This document shows positions 32,854 to 42,785 of a stretch of 64,000 nt of DNA, piece by piece. A program made the position numbers and the translations under genes. The notes under the pieces are model-generated. The model worked only from the letters and a program-made list of their open reading frames with translations, had not been told where the DNA came from and did no database searches. This DNA comes from an uncultured Prevotellaceae bacterium (lineage in GTDB: Bacteria > Bacteroidota > Bacteroidia > Bacteroidales > Bacteroidaceae): positions 19,245 to 83,244 of the forward strand of contig CAMNCV010000048.1 of assembly GCA_946534585.1 (NCBI GenBank), in the 5' to 3' direction. Each line of letters starts with the position of its first letter. Position 1 is the stretch's first letter.

Positions 32854-33414
32854 ATGAAAGCATTGGCATCTATCTTCGCTATGGCACTGCTCATCACCTC
32901 ATGCACAGGCGAGGTGGTGGGGGAATACTCCACCCATCAGTGCTACTATATGATTGACTTCCAGTACGGGCACACGGCATCGCCGCTCTATGCCTCGCTG
33001 AACTCCAACAATACCTTCTGCGTCATCTCCACATCGCCCATAGGCTCGACTGCCTACAAGCTCACAGCACAGCTGCAGGGAGCCACCGCCCACGAGGAAT
33101 CCATCACCGAGGAGATGAACACACGACCCTCGCGCCAGCTGGGTCTGGCAGGCAGCCTGATTATAGGACGCTCTTCGTTTCAGGACGGAGCACTCTACGT
33201 GTTCGACCGCCAGTGTCCAAACTGCTACAACGACAAACGCCGCGCCAACTACCCGCTATCGTTCAGCAACGCACAGTCAATGCACTGCGCCAACTGCGGA
33301 CGCACATACAGCCTGCTGAGCGGCGGAGTCGTGTCGGCCGGCGACAACGGAGAGAAGCTCTTCCGCTACAAGGCCACATACACCAGTCTGCGACTATCCA
33401 TTTCCAATCCGTAA
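32854..33414 (+). CDS. Lipoprotein with two CxxC motifs (Rieske-like spacing), function unknown
   Basis: Lipobox LITSC; FDRQCPNC...MHCANCGRTYSL; start placed at ATG 32854. Confidence 0.7.
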   Translation: MKALASIFAMALLITSCTGEVVGEYSTHQCYYMIDFQYGHTASPLYASLNSNNTFCVISTSPIGSTAYKLTAQLQGATAHEESITEEMNTRPSRQLGLAGSLIIGRSSFQDGALYVFDRQCPNCYNDKRRANYPLSFSNAQSMHCANCGRTYSLLSGGVVSAGDNGEKLFRYKATYTSLRLSISNP

Positions 33415-33468
33415 CCATACCCCACGCCCTCACTCACCGCAAGGGCGGGAGAAGAACAAACGAAAATT

Positions 33469-34224
33469 ATGAAAACAAAGATAATGGGAATACTCAACTG
33501 CACGCCTGACTCCTTCTATGCAGGCAGTCGCGTGCAGTCGGAGAAAGAAATAGCCACTCGCGCTGAGCAGATAATCAGCGAGGGTGGCGAAATTATTGAC
33601 GTAGGGGCATACAGCACACGACCCGGTGCCACCGAAGTAAGCGAAGAGGAAGAGATGCGCCGCCTGCGCATGGCTCTGAGCGTGATACGCCGCGAGTGTC
33701 CCAGTGCCGTGGTGAGCGTAGATACCTTCCGCGCCTCAGTGGCACGGATGGCAGCAGAGGAATACGGGGTGCAGATAATCAACGACGTGTCAGAGGGCAG
33801 CGACCCGCAGATGTTCGCCACCGTAGGCCGACTCGGCGTGGGCTACATACTGATGTCTGTAGAGCCTACCATGGAGCGTATGCTCAGCCGCTTCACCAAC
33901 GAGGTGGAGCAACTGCGTGAGGCAGGCTGCAAAGACATCGTCCTTGACCCAGGCTTTGGCTTCGGCAAAGACGTAATACGCGGCAACTACGACATACTGC
34001 TGCGCCTCAACGAAGTGAAGCAGCACTTCCCTACCCTGCCGCTGCTTGCAGCCCTGAGCCGCAAGCGCATGGTGTGGATGCCCCTCGACGTAACGCCCGA
34101 CACTCTCTCAGCCATGCACGGCACGATGCTCCTAAACCTCATCTCCATGCAGCAGGGAGCCGACATCCTACGCGTTCACGACGTAAAGGCAACAGCAGAG
34201 ATGATGTTGCGATGCAATTATTAG
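33469..34224 (+). CDS. folP: Dihydropteroate synthase
   Basis: IMGILNCTPDSF, IDVGAYSTRPGA, SVDTF, INDVS, DPGFGFGK, SRK, LRVHDV. Confidence 0.95.
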   Translation: MKTKIMGILNCTPDSFYAGSRVQSEKEIATRAEQIISEGGEIIDVGAYSTRPGATEVSEEEEMRRLRMALSVIRRECPSAVVSVDTFRASVARMAAEEYGVQIINDVSEGSDPQMFATVGRLGVGYILMSVEPTMERMLSRFTNEVEQLREAGCKDIVLDPGFGFGKDVIRGNYDILLRLNEVKQHFPTLPLLAALSRKRMVWMPLDVTPDTLSAMHGTMLLNLISMQQGADILRVHDVKATAEMMLRCNY

Positions 34225-34422
34225 TACATTACGGTGGTAATTAACAAAACCACCTGAAATCATTATTGCCCTGTACGACGGATGATGTTGCAACCCTATG
34301 CACTTTTGTTTCATCTGCACAATTCTTCTTTCCTTACAGAACCGGGTGTGTCTCCACATACAGAGCAAATTACAAAACACAACAGGCAAAGAGATAGCAA
34401 AAGCGGAAAAAAGAAGGAATTT

Positions 34423-34454
34423 CTTGCATAACTGCTTTTTTTTATTTACCTTTG
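34423..34454 (+). promoter_or_regulatory. Promoter for cdaA
   Basis: CTTG - 20 nt - TACCTTTG. Confidence 0.65.
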
Positions 34455-34522
34455 CGCCATAAAACAACAGGTGAGTTCTATAAATCAGTAGAGCCAACCC
34501 ACACAAGTAGAGAGAAAAAGTG

Positions 34523-35296
34523 ATGTTTCTATCCTTCGGAATAAAAGACGCAATCGATATACTGCTCGTAGCACTGATGCTTTATTATACCTACCGCTTC
34601 ATGCGCGAGTCACGGACGCTCAACGTGTTCGCAGGCATACTGGCTTTTATCATAATATGGCTGTTTGTCTCGCGAGTATTGGAGATGCGTCTCACCGGTG
34701 CCATCTTCGACCAGTTTGTCAGCGTGGGCGCACTGGCAATCATCGTCTTGTTTCAGGAGGAGATACGCAAGTTCCTTTATAACCTGGGCGAGCACAACAA
34801 GATATACAAGGTGATACGCTGGTTTACGAGCCATCGCGAAAGCGAGATGGCAGGCATGGGCCGCGAGGCTATCATGCCTATCGTCTTGGCATGTATCAAC
34901 ATGGCTCGCACAAAGTGCGGAGCACTTATCGTAATCGAGCGCACCACACCGCTCGAAGACATTGTAGCTACAGGCGACAGGGTGGATGCCAACATCAACC
35001 AGCGCCTTATAGAGAATATTTTTTTCAAGAACTCACCCCTGCACGATGGTGCCATGGTAATCAGCAAGCTCCGCATAAAGGCTGCCGGCTGCATACTTCC
35101 CGTAAGCCATGACCTCAACATTCCGCGCGAACTCGGACTGCGCCACCGTGCCGCCATGGGTATCTCTCAGGCTTCTGATGCCATTGCCATCGTAGTATCT
35201 GAGGAGACCGGCCGCATCTCGGCTGCCATAAAGGGACAGTTCCGCCTTCGTCTCTCAGCTGAAAAACTCGAAGCGCTGCTTACCGAGGAGTTGTAG
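34523..35296 (+). CDS. cdaA: Diadenylate cyclase (membrane-bound, CdaA type)
   Basis: Three TM helices, FQEEIR, SPLHDGA, GLRHRAA, VVSEETG. Confidence 0.93.
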   Translation: MFLSFGIKDAIDILLVALMLYYTYRFMRESRTLNVFAGILAFIIIWLFVSRVLEMRLTGAIFDQFVSVGALAIIVLFQEEIRKFLYNLGEHNKIYKVIRWFTSHRESEMAGMGREAIMPIVLACINMARTKCGALIVIERTTPLEDIVATGDRVDANINQRLIENIFFKNSPLHDGAMVISKLRIKAAGCILPVSHDLNIPRELGLRHRAAMGISQASDAIAIVVSEETGRISAAIKGQFRLRLSAEKLEALLTEEL

Positions 35297-35397
35297 AAAA
35301 TCTACCGGGGAATTGCAGAAAGACAATTACCGGGAAGTTGCAGAAAACAGAGAGAGAGCCCCCACTAACTGACAAAAACAAATCAGATATACCAATA

Positions 35398-38397
35398 ATG
35401 AAAGTAAAGAGTATGTTTATGGCACTATGTGCCAGTGTTTTGTCGTGTACGTCAGTCATGGGGGCACCGCTCAACGTATGCGACTTTGAGAACTACGAGG
35501 TGGGCACCTCGTGGACTATGTGGTCACGCTATGGCGGCAACATCAGCTCTACGGCTACGGTGGAGGCTGACCCGACAAATGCCTCCAACAAGGTGTTGCA
35601 CGTGGTATTGAAGAACTGGAACTGCTGTCCTGAGTTCAGTCTGCCTACCGAACTTAGGGGCAGTGCGCTGACCAGCCGCTACGTCAACGTAAGATGCCGC
35701 TTCTACCGCAGTGCCGACGATGCCAACGACTATAAGCAGTTTAACATATTCCTCGGTGCCGACGAGCTATTTCGCGATGATGGCTTTCCCTATCAGGGCG
35801 ACAAGGGCGCGTGGCAGACAAGGACTTATGCCCTAAAGGCGGCTTCCGATGACAACGACTCGGGAGTAATGCGATTGGGAATACACAGCGAAGCCTCAGA
35901 CTATTACCTTGACGACATACAGCTCGTGGGCAAGTATGACGACTACGTGACTACGGAAAACAACCAGGTGTTTGACTACTGCGTAAACAACACCTCAAGC
36001 AGCTACAAGACTTTTGACCTGCCGCTCTACATACCAAAGGGCGACACTGCCAACGTGCGCCTGTCGCGATACTCTGAATGGACGCGCGAGGTAGCAGGCG
36101 AGGGCACGCTCAACATCTATGCCGGTGGCGAGCGTTGCTACATAGGCACGCTGGCAAGCAAGGGCGCTACATATCCCGACTGGACACGAATGACGGGCGA
36201 CGTGCATCTGTATCCCTATAAGCAGGTCATCAGCACGTGTGGCTTCTACGGACTACTGATGCAGGGCAGTTCCTTCACACCTGACGATGTGGATGGCTCA
36301 AGGCCAAACATACTGTTTGCCAACAAGAAGTTAGTGATGCACTCCGGCTCTACGCTGGCAGCAGAGAACGGCACGCGCGGCTTCCGCATCGGCGAACTGC
36401 AGATGGAGGAAGGCACTACACTGGCCGGCTACTACAAGGCAGCGAGTGCCAACTCCTACTACGTAGTGGGCGGACTGGGCACTGATGCCCTGCTGGCCGG
36501 CACCATAGCCCCTAAGTTCAGCGGCAACAAGGTGGGCCTCATCAAGGAGGGCAAGGGAACATATACCATCAGTGGCAACGACAACAACATCAGCAGCGGA
36601 CTGATACTCAATGCCGGCACGGTGCTCATCTGCAACGATGCCACTGCAGCAAAGAAAGGGAGCCTTAACGGCGCTACGGGTGCAACAGGCACCGTGGTGG
36701 TGGCTGAGGGAACGTACCTCGGTGGCAACGGCAGCATAGGCGCAACCACCGAACTCTATGGCACGATGGAACCCGGCACGGGCAACTATGACACGCTGAC
36801 GCTCGCCGACTATGCCACGAAGAAGGCCGTGAAACTGACGCTGCACCCTAAATCGACAATAAGAATTCATGCACGTTCGGCAGAGCAGCACAGTATGCTG
36901 ACTGTGAACGGCACCATCAACGCAAGCACTACCACACAGGGTTTTGAAACCTCTGATGCCGCACCGCGACTGGCACTCGTGCTTGACGATGATGCGCAAC
37001 TGAGCATAAATGACGAGATAGTGCTGCTGACCTGCTCTGCACAGCCCCAGACGAGCATCTCCTTCGATATGCGATATCCGAAGCGCTACACCTTCACCAC
37101 GGAGCAGCGCGTGGGCGAGGACGACACATTCTCCGTAGTGGCGCGCGTAATATCGCTTGACGACAATCCCAACTACACCGAGGACGAGAACGAAACAACT
37201 GACATAACCACCGGCTATCCCGATGAAGACGTAAGCGAGGACATCAACGATGAAACCCCGCTGCGCACCTATGCCGACCAGTTGGGCAAGAGCATTGGCG
37301 TGGCCGTGGCAAGCTACCGCTATGACCTGAGCAACGACAACGTAAAGCCTACCGCTGCAATAGGCAGGGAGTTCAACATCGTAGTGGGCGAGAACGAGAT
37401 GAAGTTTGACGCCACGGAGCCTGCACAGAACTACTTCAACTATGGCGGTTCGGATGCAGTGATGTGGATAGCCAGCCGCAACGAGCAGGAGGTCAGGGGC
37501 CACACACTGGCATGGCACTCACAGGTGCCGTCGTGGGTAAGCTCTGACGGCAAGAAGAATAACAACGGTTTCACGCGGCGTCAGTTGCTCGACATACTGA
37601 AGAACCACATATACAACGTGGTGGGCAAGTACAAGGGCAAGATACGCGAGTGGGACGTTGTCAACGAGGTGCTTGATGACGACCAGAGCAGCGTGCGCAC
37701 CAACCCAGGCACCTACAAGCTACGTCCGTCAATCTGGAGTACGTACATCGGCGAGGAGTTCATAGACTCGGCCTTCGTATGGGCTCACGAGGCTGACCCC
37801 GAGGCTAAGCTCTACATCAACGACTACGGCGTGGAGTTCATGGGCGGCACCAAGTCTGAGGCCTACTACAACCTCGTGAAGCGCCTGAAGAACAGCGGAC
37901 GACCCATTGACGGCTGCGGACTGCAATGCCACCTGACCACAGGACAGCTCGATACGCTGAAGCTGGAAAACAACATCAGGCGCTATGCTCCGCTCGGACT
38001 GAATTGCATCATCACCGAACTCGACATCTCTCTTGCCAATCCTTATGCTGACGATGCCCTTGAGACACAGGCAAAGGAGTATGCTGCAATTACTCGTGTG
38101 TGGCTCCGCAACGATAACTCCCCGACGCTGATGTTCTGGGGTATCGCCGACAACTATTCGTGGCGCAGTAACCAGCCGTTGCTTTTCGATGCCGACTGCA
38201 ATGCCAAACCCAGTTATTACTACGTACATGCCCAGTTGCGCCATGCAGCAGAGGCTACGGGAGTGGGCAGCGTAGGGTCTGACTCCACTGACACTTCTGC
38301 CGCTGAGCAATGCTACAACTTGCTCGGACAGCGTGTGCCCGATGACTACAAGGGAATTGTGGTGACCGGCGGACGAAAGATTATGAAGATGCAATGA
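35398..38397 (+). CDS. Multi-domain GH10 endo-1,4-beta-xylanase, T9SS cargo
   Basis: Signal peptide; ENEMKF, RGHTLAWHSQ, WDVVNE, LYINDY, ITELD; C-terminal YNLLGQRV...KGIVVTGGRKIMK. Confidence 0.9.
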   Translation: MKVKSMFMALCASVLSCTSVMGAPLNVCDFENYEVGTSWTMWSRYGGNISSTATVEADPTNASNKVLHVVLKNWNCCPEFSLPTELRGSALTSRYVNVRCRFYRSADDANDYKQFNIFLGADELFRDDGFPYQGDKGAWQTRTYALKAASDDNDSGVMRLGIHSEASDYYLDDIQLVGKYDDYVTTENNQVFDYCVNNTSSSYKTFDLPLYIPKGDTANVRLSRYSEWTREVAGEGTLNIYAGGERCYIGTLASKGATYPDWTRMTGDVHLYPYKQVISTCGFYGLLMQGSSFTPDDVDGSRPNILFANKKLVMHSGSTLAAENGTRGFRIGELQMEEGTTLAGYYKAASANSYYVVGGLGTDALLAGTIAPKFSGNKVGLIKEGKGTYTISGNDNNISSGLILNAGTVLICNDATAAKKGSLNGATGATGTVVVAEGTYLGGNGSIGATTELYGTMEPGTGNYDTLTLADYATKKAVKLTLHPKSTIRIHARSAEQHSMLTVNGTINASTTTQGFETSDAAPRLALVLDDDAQLSINDEIVLLTCSAQPQTSISFDMRYPKRYTFTTEQRVGEDDTFSVVARVISLDDNPNYTEDENETTDITTGYPDEDVSEDINDETPLRTYADQLGKSIGVAVASYRYDLSNDNVKPTAAIGREFNIVVGENEMKFDATEPAQNYFNYGGSDAVMWIASRNEQEVRGHTLAWHSQVPSWVSSDGKKNNNGFTRRQLLDILKNHIYNVVGKYKGKIREWDVVNEVLDDDQSSVRTNPGTYKLRPSIWSTYIGEEFIDSAFVWAHEADPEAKLYINDYGVEFMGGTKSEAYYNLVKRLKNSGRPIDGCGLQCHLTTGQLDTLKLENNIRRYAPLGLNCIITELDISLANPYADDALETQAKEYAAITRVWLRNDNSPTLMFWGIADNYSWRSNQPLLFDADCNAKPSYYYVHAQLRHAAEATGVGSVGSDSTDTSAAEQCYNLLGQRVPDDYKGIVVTGGRKIMKMQ

Positions 38398-38486
38398 CAA
38401 GCATGCAACGTGACTATGCAGATTGTAAAATATCGAGAAAAGGCAGTATTATTCCGAGAAAAAAACATTTTCTCGGAAAAAATCAT

Positions 38487-38494
38487 TACCTTTG
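38487..38494 (+). promoter_or_regulatory. -7 promoter element for the TonB-dependent receptor
   Basis: TACCTTTG preceded by an 11-bp inverted repeat TTCCGAGAAAA/TTTTCTCGGAA. Confidence 0.6.
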
Positions 38495-38569
38495 CAGTCG
38501 AAATCGTAAGAAGGATAACTTGTTTTCTAAATTATAATATACCATTTTAAATCCACAAACACACAAGAA

Positions 38570-40450
38570 ATGAATAAGAAAACCTTTCAGGCTTTATCTG
38601 CCTGCATGATTTTATCGCTTTTCAGCACTGCAGAGATGCATGCTGAGGCAGCAGCTGACTCGCTCGCACTGCAAGAGGTAGTGGTGACGGGAACACGCTC
38701 GGCAACCGACGTGCGCCACCTGCCAATGACGGTAAGCGTAGTAAATCGCGACAAGTTGACCATAGGACAGCAGATGAACGTACTGCCTACGGTGATGCAG
38801 CAGGTACCGGGTATGTTCGTTACCAGTCGTGGCATCATGGGCTACGGCGTCTCTACCGGTGCAGCAGGTGGTATCAGCGTGCGCGGACTCTCAGGCAGTG
38901 CCGGTCAGACCATGGTGCTCATTGACGGACATCCGCAGTACAACGGTGTCTTCGGACATCCTATCAGCGACAGCTACCAGACGCTGATGGCTGAGCGCGT
39001 GGAGGTTGTGCGCGGTCCTGCCTCAGTGCTGTATGGCTCTAACGCCATGGGCGGAGTGATGAACATAATAACACGCAAGTCGAAGAAAGACGGCATACAC
39101 ACCAACGTGAGCCTCGGCGCTGGCAGCTACGGCACAGTGCAGGCAGAGGCAAGCAACCAGATAAGGAAGGGTGGTTTCTATTCTACCATAGCAGCGCAAT
39201 ACAGTCGCACTGACAACCACCGTCCCAACATGGGCTTCGAGCAGTTTGGCGGCTACATAAAGTTAGGCTACGACTTCTCACAGTACTGGAGCGCATACGT
39301 TGACCTCGACCTCACTCACTTCAATGCAAGCAACCCCGGCACCGTAAGCGTGCCTAAGGCTGAGAACGACCAATACATCACTCGCGGTGCGGCAAGCCTC
39401 GTAGTGGAGAACCACTATGGCAAGACTAACGGTGCCATAAGCATCTACGACAATTTCGGCATACACAAGATTAACGACGGATATAACATCAATGGCGGCA
39501 CTCCGCAGACCGACCTCTTCCGCTCAAAGGATGCAGTGGCAGGTTTCTCTCTGTGGGAGAGCACAAGTCTCTTCAGGGGCAACACCATTACCATTGGCTT
39601 CGACTATCAGAACATATATGGCAATGCCTACTATACCGACCGCAAGACGGGCGAGCGCGTGACAACACAGAAGCGCAAGATGCAGAGCACTCGCAACCAT
39701 GAGGATGAATATGCCGGATACATAGACTTACGTCAGGACCTGGCGCAGTGGCTTACCATTGACGCCGGTGTGCGCTACGACTACCACACCGTAGCCGGAG
39801 GCGAGTGGATACCGCAGGGTGGCATCATAATCCGACCAATGGCTACGGGCGAACTGAAGGCTTTGGTAAGCAAGGGCTTCCGCAATCCTACCACCAAGGA
39901 GATGTATCTGTATGGCACTGCCAACCACGAGACACTGAAGGCAGAGCGTATGTGGAACTATGAACTGTCGTGGCATCATCGTCTGGGCAGCCTCAACTAT
40001 GGCGTAAATGCCTTCTACATCAATGCCGACAACATTATTCAGACCGTGGGCGGCAAGAATATCAATACGGGCGAACTGAAAAACTGGGGAGCGGAGATTG
40101 AGGCAACATATCGCTTCTCTGACTATTTCAGCATCAATACCAACCACTCTTTCCTCGGTATGGAGAAGAAGGTCATCGCGGCTCCTGAATACAAGGGTTT
40201 CATCGGTGCCGACTATACTTGCGGCAAGTGGACTGCCAACCTCGGCGTGATGTATCTGAATGGTCTCTACATCAGTGCGAGCGAGAAGAAGAATGTATGT
40301 CTGGTCAATGCTTCCGCAGCATATCGTCTTACTAAGTGGCTGCAACTGTGGGCACGCGGCGAGAACCTTCTGGCACAGAGCTACGAAATCAACGCCGGCT
40401 ATCCAATGCCACGCGCTACGTTTATGGGAGGCGTGAACCTCACATTCTGA
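38570..40450 (+). CDS. TonB-dependent outer-membrane receptor (non-SusC type)
   Basis: LQEVVVTG, VLIDG, ERVEVVRGPASVLYGSNAMGGVMNIIT, ENL...Y...GYPMP, terminal F. Confidence 0.93.
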   Translation: MNKKTFQALSACMILSLFSTAEMHAEAAADSLALQEVVVTGTRSATDVRHLPMTVSVVNRDKLTIGQQMNVLPTVMQQVPGMFVTSRGIMGYGVSTGAAGGISVRGLSGSAGQTMVLIDGHPQYNGVFGHPISDSYQTLMAERVEVVRGPASVLYGSNAMGGVMNIITRKSKKDGIHTNVSLGAGSYGTVQAEASNQIRKGGFYSTIAAQYSRTDNHRPNMGFEQFGGYIKLGYDFSQYWSAYVDLDLTHFNASNPGTVSVPKAENDQYITRGAASLVVENHYGKTNGAISIYDNFGIHKINDGYNINGGTPQTDLFRSKDAVAGFSLWESTSLFRGNTITIGFDYQNIYGNAYYTDRKTGERVTTQKRKMQSTRNHEDEYAGYIDLRQDLAQWLTIDAGVRYDYHTVAGGEWIPQGGIIIRPMATGELKALVSKGFRNPTTKEMYLYGTANHETLKAERMWNYELSWHHRLGSLNYGVNAFYINADNIIQTVGGKNINTGELKNWGAEIEATYRFSDYFSINTNHSFLGMEKKVIAAPEYKGFIGADYTCGKWTANLGVMYLNGLYISASEKKNVCLVNASAAYRLTKWLQLWARGENLLAQSYEINAGYPMPRATFMGGVNLTF

Positions 40451-40452
40451 AC

Positions 40453-40515
40453 CGAAAGGCATAGCGCCGTAAACTGAAAGGCACTGCCTTTTGATACCAT
40501 AAGCAGCCTGATTAC
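40453..40515. repeat. Degenerate 22-bp-period array (3 units)
   Basis: CGAAAGGCATAGCGCCGTA aac TGAAAGGCACTGCCTTTTG ata CCATAAGCAGCCTGATTAC; AAAGGCATAGCG is shared with 3125. Confidence 0.6.
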
Positions 40516-40543
40516 CAATGGGTCGTAATCAGACTGCTTTTTT
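40501..40543 (+). terminator. Intrinsic terminator after the TonB-dependent receptor
   Basis: AAGCAGCCTGATTAC / GTAATCAGACTGCTT stem then T-run. Confidence 0.75.
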
Positions 40544-40603
40544 CTTGCATAGTAAAAAGTCTTGAAAAAGTTTTCTGACCTAAGGAGAAAATCACTTGAT
40601 TTA

Positions 40604-40635
40604 TTTGGAGGTCAGAGAGAAAATCTGTAAATTTG
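40604..40635 (+). promoter_or_regulatory. Promoter for the rdgB-MATE operon
   Basis: TTTG - 20 nt - TAAATTTG. Confidence 0.7.
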
Positions 40636-40704
40636 CACTGGAAAACATTATAACGGCTGATTTACGGTGATAATTCATAGAACACACCTTAACAGAAAGG
40701 AGAT

Positions 40705-41352
40705 ATGACACAGAAACTTGTTTTTGCCACAAATAACGAACATAAACTCAGTGAGGTGCGACAGATACTGGCAGGGAAATACGAAGTGCTGTCGCTCAAT
40801 GACATCAACTGCCACGAGGAACTGCCCGAGACTCACGAGACGCTGGAGGAAAACTCCATGCAGAAGGCTCGCTACGTGAAGGAGCACTACGGATATGACT
40901 GTTTCGCTGACGACACCGGACTGGAGGTAGATGCTCTCAGCGGCAGACCTGGAGTGTATTCCGCCCGCTATGCCACAATCAGCGAAGGCGAATGGCAGGC
41001 AACGGGCGAGAGCCATGATGCCGAGGCCAATATGCAGAAACTGCTCCTGATGCTCAACAGCACGGCAGTAGAAGAGCGCACGGCGCAGTTTAAGACGGTG
41101 GCATCACTCATAATGGGCAACGAAGAAAAACAGTTCACGGGCATCGTACGCGGCATGATTACCACGGAGCGACACGGCGAGGAGGGCTTCGGCTACGACC
41201 CCGTGTTCCGCCCGTATGAGGAAGACCCCGACGAATGTACGCCCACGACACTGCTGCCCGTGACTTTCGCTGAGATGAGCGGCGAGGAGAAAAACCGTAT
41301 CTCTCATCGCGGACGTGCAATGCAGAAACTGGCGAACTACCTCAAGGTCTAA
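40705..41352 (+). CDS. rdgB: Non-canonical purine NTP pyrophosphatase (RdgB/HAM1)
   Basis: FATNNEHK, ADDTGLEVDAL.GRPGVYSARY, GFGYDPVF, KNRISHRGRA. Confidence 0.94.
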   Translation: MTQKLVFATNNEHKLSEVRQILAGKYEVLSLNDINCHEELPETHETLEENSMQKARYVKEHYGYDCFADDTGLEVDALSGRPGVYSARYATISEGEWQATGESHDAEANMQKLLLMLNSTAVEERTAQFKTVASLIMGNEEKQFTGIVRGMITTERHGEEGFGYDPVFRPYEEDPDECTPTTLLPVTFAEMSGEEKNRISHRGRAMQKLANYLKV

Positions 41353-41424
41353 CCATCGGTGCGGACTGTCTAATCTGTGGGAAAACATAACATATCTACG
41401 GAAAAACACAAAGGACAAAGACAA

Positions 41425-42783
41425 ATGAGCAACAACAAACAAGCGGCACTCGAACTGGGCACTAAGCCCGTGGGCAAACTCCTCATGCAGTATGCCCTGC
41501 CGGCTATAGTGGCTATGGTGGCATCGTCACTGTACAACATGATTGACAGCATCTTCATCGGTCAGGGCGTGGGAGCCATGGCAATATCAGGTCTGGCTAT
41601 CACCTTTCCCTTCATGAACCTCTCGGCGGCCTTCGGCGCTGCCATCGGCGTGGGCTCGGCGGCTTTCCTCAGCGTGAAACTGGGACAGCGCGACTACGAC
41701 ATCGCCAACAAGATACTGGGCAACAACGTGATGCTCAATATCATCGTCGGCATCATGTTCGGCGTACTGGGTTTGCTGTTCCTTGACCCCATACTGCGTT
41801 TCTTCGGTGCAAGCGACGCTACCCTGCCCTATGCACATGAGTACATGGCAATAATACTCTCAGGCAATGCCATAACACATCTGTATTTCGGACTGAACGC
41901 CGTACTGCGCTCAGCCGGAAAACCGCGCACGGCAATGTATCTCACCATCTTCACCGTGATAATCAATGCCATTCTCGACCCTCTCTTCATCTATACACTG
42001 CGACTGGGAATTGCCGGTGCGGCATACGCCACGATACTGTCACAGACAATGGCACTCGCATGGCAGTGGTATATCTTCAGCGACAAACGACAGTTCCTGC
42101 ATTTCGACTACTCTAAGTTCCGCATAGAGATGCCTATCGTGCGCAACATCATCAGCATAGGCATCTCACCCTTTGCCATGAACGCCTGCGCCTGCCTCGT
42201 GGTCATCTTCATCAACAACAGTCTGATGAAGTACGGCGGCGACATGGCCGTGGGTGCCTATGGCATCTCCAACCGCCTGTGCTTCGTATTCGTAATGGTG
42301 ACTATGGGCGTATGCCAGGGTATGCAACCGATAGCCGGCTACAACTACGGTGCGCAGAACTACCACCGTATGTTTGAAGTCCTGCGACTGGCAATCATTA
42401 CCGGCACACTGATATGCGCCGTGGGCTTCTTCATCGCCATGCTCCTGCCTGAACAATGCGCAAGGCTCTTCACCACCGACGCGGAACTGATAGAGAATTC
42501 CGTTGTCGCCATGCGCTACAACATGGGACTGTTCCTCATCATCGGCGCACAGATGGTAATCACCAACTTCTTCCAGTCGATAGGCAAGGCAAAGGTAAGC
42601 ATACTCCTCAGTCTGTCAAGACAGTTGCTTATCCTCGTGCCACTGATAGCCATACTCCCACAATTCATGGGGCTCAACGGCATCTGGCTCTCACTGCCTC
42701 TCTCTGACGGCATAGCAGCACTGATGGCCTATGCCATGCTATGGATATACGTAAAGAAATTCAAGACTCAAACATCTAATTAA
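41425..42783 (+). CDS. MATE family efflux transporter
   Basis: YALPAIVAM...LYNMIDSIFIG, NAILDPLFI, GIAGAAYAT, GYNYGA; about 12 TM helices; start placed at ATG 41425. Confidence 0.92.
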   Translation: MSNNKQAALELGTKPVGKLLMQYALPAIVAMVASSLYNMIDSIFIGQGVGAMAISGLAITFPFMNLSAAFGAAIGVGSAAFLSVKLGQRDYDIANKILGNNVMLNIIVGIMFGVLGLLFLDPILRFFGASDATLPYAHEYMAIILSGNAITHLYFGLNAVLRSAGKPRTAMYLTIFTVIINAILDPLFIYTLRLGIAGAAYATILSQTMALAWQWYIFSDKRQFLHFDYSKFRIEMPIVRNIISIGISPFAMNACACLVVIFINNSLMKYGGDMAVGAYGISNRLCFVFVMVTMGVCQGMQPIAGYNYGAQNYHRMFEVLRLAIITGTLICAVGFFIAMLLPEQCARLFTTDAELIENSVVAMRYNMGLFLIIGAQMVITNFFQSIGKAKVSILLSLSRQLLILVPLIAILPQFMGLNGIWLSLPLSDGIAALMAYAMLWIYVKKFKTQTSN

Positions 42784-42785
42784 CT

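Noticed and set aside
23620-37518. Long antisense ORFs (23620..24600, 27680..28741, 29726..30604, 36331..37518)
   Set aside because: They mirror well-supported genes with biased codon usage and show no recognisable motifs.
38398-38569. Cobalamin or TPP riboswitch upstream of the TonB-dependent receptor
   Set aside because: The leader after the promoter is only ~70 nt, AT-rich, and lacks the conserved boxes.
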